A DNA stretch of 64,000 nt from Ranitomeya imitator (lineage: Eukaryota): contig NC_091283.1 of NCBI RefSeq assembly GCF_032444005.1, positions 842,208,001 to 842,272,000 on the forward strand. Direction: 5' to 3'. Of the stretch, positions 61,969-64,000 are shown in pieces; position 1 is the stretch's first letter, and each line of letters begins with the position of its first letter. The notes under the pieces are model-generated. The model searched no databases and was not told where the DNA came from. It worked only from the letters and a program-made list of their open reading frames with translations. A program made the translations under genes and the position numbers.

Positions 61969-63359
61969 ACATGCCGCCCCCATTGCGGGGCCTTGTCTCT
62001 GGAGAAAAAAAAACGGTCTTTGAAAACAAAAAAAAAAAAAGTTGTGAGTCAGGATAAAATCCAATAACTCCAATATCAGCTCACGTAAGTCTGCTTCTAA
62101 ATTACTGGATTCAAGGGAAAACCTCGTCGCCCTTAAACCATCCCCATGGCGGATGCTGGTATACAATGATTAAACATCCGCCGGTTACTAAGATCATATC
62201 CTCCTAAACGACAAGACCATCTACCCGCCTAAGGACGTCCGTAATGTCTCTGACATAGGAGGGCAGCGTCTCAACTTGTAGCCTTAGATAATGTTTAATG
62301 AATTTGCATGTTGTATCACATAGCCCTCCCGTGCCAGAGACAATGGGATGCCCTGGAGGAGACACCGGATTTTTGTGGACCTTGGGGAGAAGATAAAACG
62401 TAGGTATCACCGGCTATTGAACCGCCCAAATCCTTTTCGTTATTATACATTTCTAAGATATTATGTAATTGACTCTGAAATTTTGGGAGGGGGTTCTGCG
62501 GCAATTGGATATAGGTATCTTTATTTCGCAATTGCCTGAAGGCTTCCTTCTGGTGCCTCTCCACTGGCCAGATGACCACATTACCCCCCTTGTCTGCAGG
62601 TTTTATGACGTCATCCCACATTTTTATCTCTTCCAGTGCCTGTCACTGGGAGACATTCATATTATCTCTTTTCTTATAGCATGCTGTAGATAAGCCCCTA
62701 ATGACGGTGGTGTCCGCAGCTTATATACGAAAAAGTAGCTGACGGATTCCCTTTAAGGTGCAAGTGACACGAAGTAGTGATTGGATATGGGGAAAAAAGG
62801 AAAGTTCCGTGTCACATATGACTCCAAGGCAACGAGCATGCGCTGGGGAGTTATGGTTGAACCATCCAAGGAAATTGCAAAGTGGGGTATAGGTAGGTTA
62901 GTAGAGGGAGGAAACAAGTTCGGTTTTGGAGAGAATCAGTTTCACACAGAGGGAGGACATGATGTTAGAGAAAGTCGGTTGTATCCACTGTGACCAGAAC
63001 CGCACTTACCATGTTTTTATGGATGTGATTTATTTCTTTAATAAAATTGGACATTTCAGTTACCTGCTTCTACGTTGGATTTTTCCTCTTCGGTTGCCTC
63101 AGCCAGATCCCGTGCTTATCCGCGCTCTTCCCAGCAGGATTGTGGCTGCATCAATGGTGAGCTGACTCTCCTTTTCCCCTTCTCCACTTGTTTCAACAAA
63201 TCTTCTGATGGTTTGTCCAATAGGGGCAGTCTGTAGAGAGAATATGAGGGGGGCCATGGACTGAGCCTTCAGGAACCCCGAGAGTAAAGGTGTGACAACA
63301 CAGCATTTCATCTTGATTAACCACATCTATTTTCAGTAAGCCAAGAGGAATAGACTTTT

Positions 63360-64000
63360 TGCGTCCTTCACAAAAATTAACCTGCCCAATTCCAGCCTTG
63401 CTGAAGCATCCCCAGATCATCACCTGGTCGTCTAATGGTTAGACGGAGACCTGGAGAGGCGGACAAGCCACAATGTCTTGTATCCACTGTGAAATTTGGT
63501 GGAGGATCGGTGATGATCTGGGGAGGCATCAGCAAGGCTGGAATCTTTGTGAAGGTTAATCTTTGTGAAGGACGTATGAATCCAGCCGCATACAAGGCTA
63601 TCCTGGAAAAATAGTGGATTCCTTCTGCTCAGGCAATGTTCCCCAACTCTGAGGACTGGTTTTTCCAGCAGGACAATCCTCCATGCCACACAGCTAGGTC
63701 AATCAAGGTGTGGATGAAGGACCACCACATCACATCCCTGTCATGGCCGCCCAATCTCCAGACCTGAACCCCATTGAAAACCTCTGGAATGTAATCAAGA
63801 GGAAGACGGATAGTCACAAGCCATCAAATAAAGAACTGCTGACATTATTGTACCAGGAGCCGTGTGAAAGACTGGTGGAAAGCTGCCCAGACGCATGAAA
63901 GCTGTGACTAAAAATCATGGTTATTCCACAAAATATTGATTTCTGAACTCTTCCTGAGTTAAAACATTAGTATTGTTGTTTCTAAATGATTATGAACTTG
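63360..64000 (+). mobile_element. Tc1/mariner transposase 3' fragment (decayed), running off the window
   Basis: KFGGGSVMIWG, FQQDNPPCH, SPDLNPIENLWNVIKRK (DD34E-type motifs). Confidence 0.88.

Larger units (their letters stand above)
59150..63250 (-). mobile_element. Decayed Penelope-like element (RT + GIY-YIG endonuclease), interrupted by nested insertions
   Basis: IKPADKGGNVV, PTFYLLPKVHK...[47 protein letters not shown]; VVYYAI.SCNLIYIGLT (GIY-YIG) at ~59370-59430; many stops and frameshifts; ends approximate. Confidence 0.85.

Overview
Vertebrate genomic DNA, most likely an anuran amphibian (inferred from the repeat families and gene). It holds one complete host gene, a four-exon DUSP5 (MAP-kinase phosphatase; + strand, ATG 33678 to stop 41476, 371 aa) with a compact immediate-early-type promoter. 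Nearly everything else is repeat: about ten unrelated tandem arrays (26, ~58-61, 69, 33, ~49, ~30, 36, 39, 60 and ~83 bp units) and transposable elements. The TEs are two full-length but disabled sushi/Tf1-type chromodomain Ty3/gypsy elements, an internally deleted SCAN-bearing Gmr1-like element, L2 and CR1 LINE fragments, a decayed Penelope-like element, Harbinger and piggyBac-type MITEs and a Tc1 fragment. All very long ORFs in the track are satellite artefacts. Most notable observations: (1) both gypsy copies lack a tRNA PBS and show a Tf1-like self-priming geometry, have exact 6-bp TSDs, have LTR pairs that differ almost only in the 3' half, and in the intact-PPT copy pol reads through U3; (2) two short TSD-flanked insertions carry degenerate minimal hammerhead-ribozyme folds, one with a perfect 140-bp inverted repeat; (3) minisatellites were born from inside an L2 3' end and a Gmr1 gag. 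Coordinates and difference counts were read by eye.
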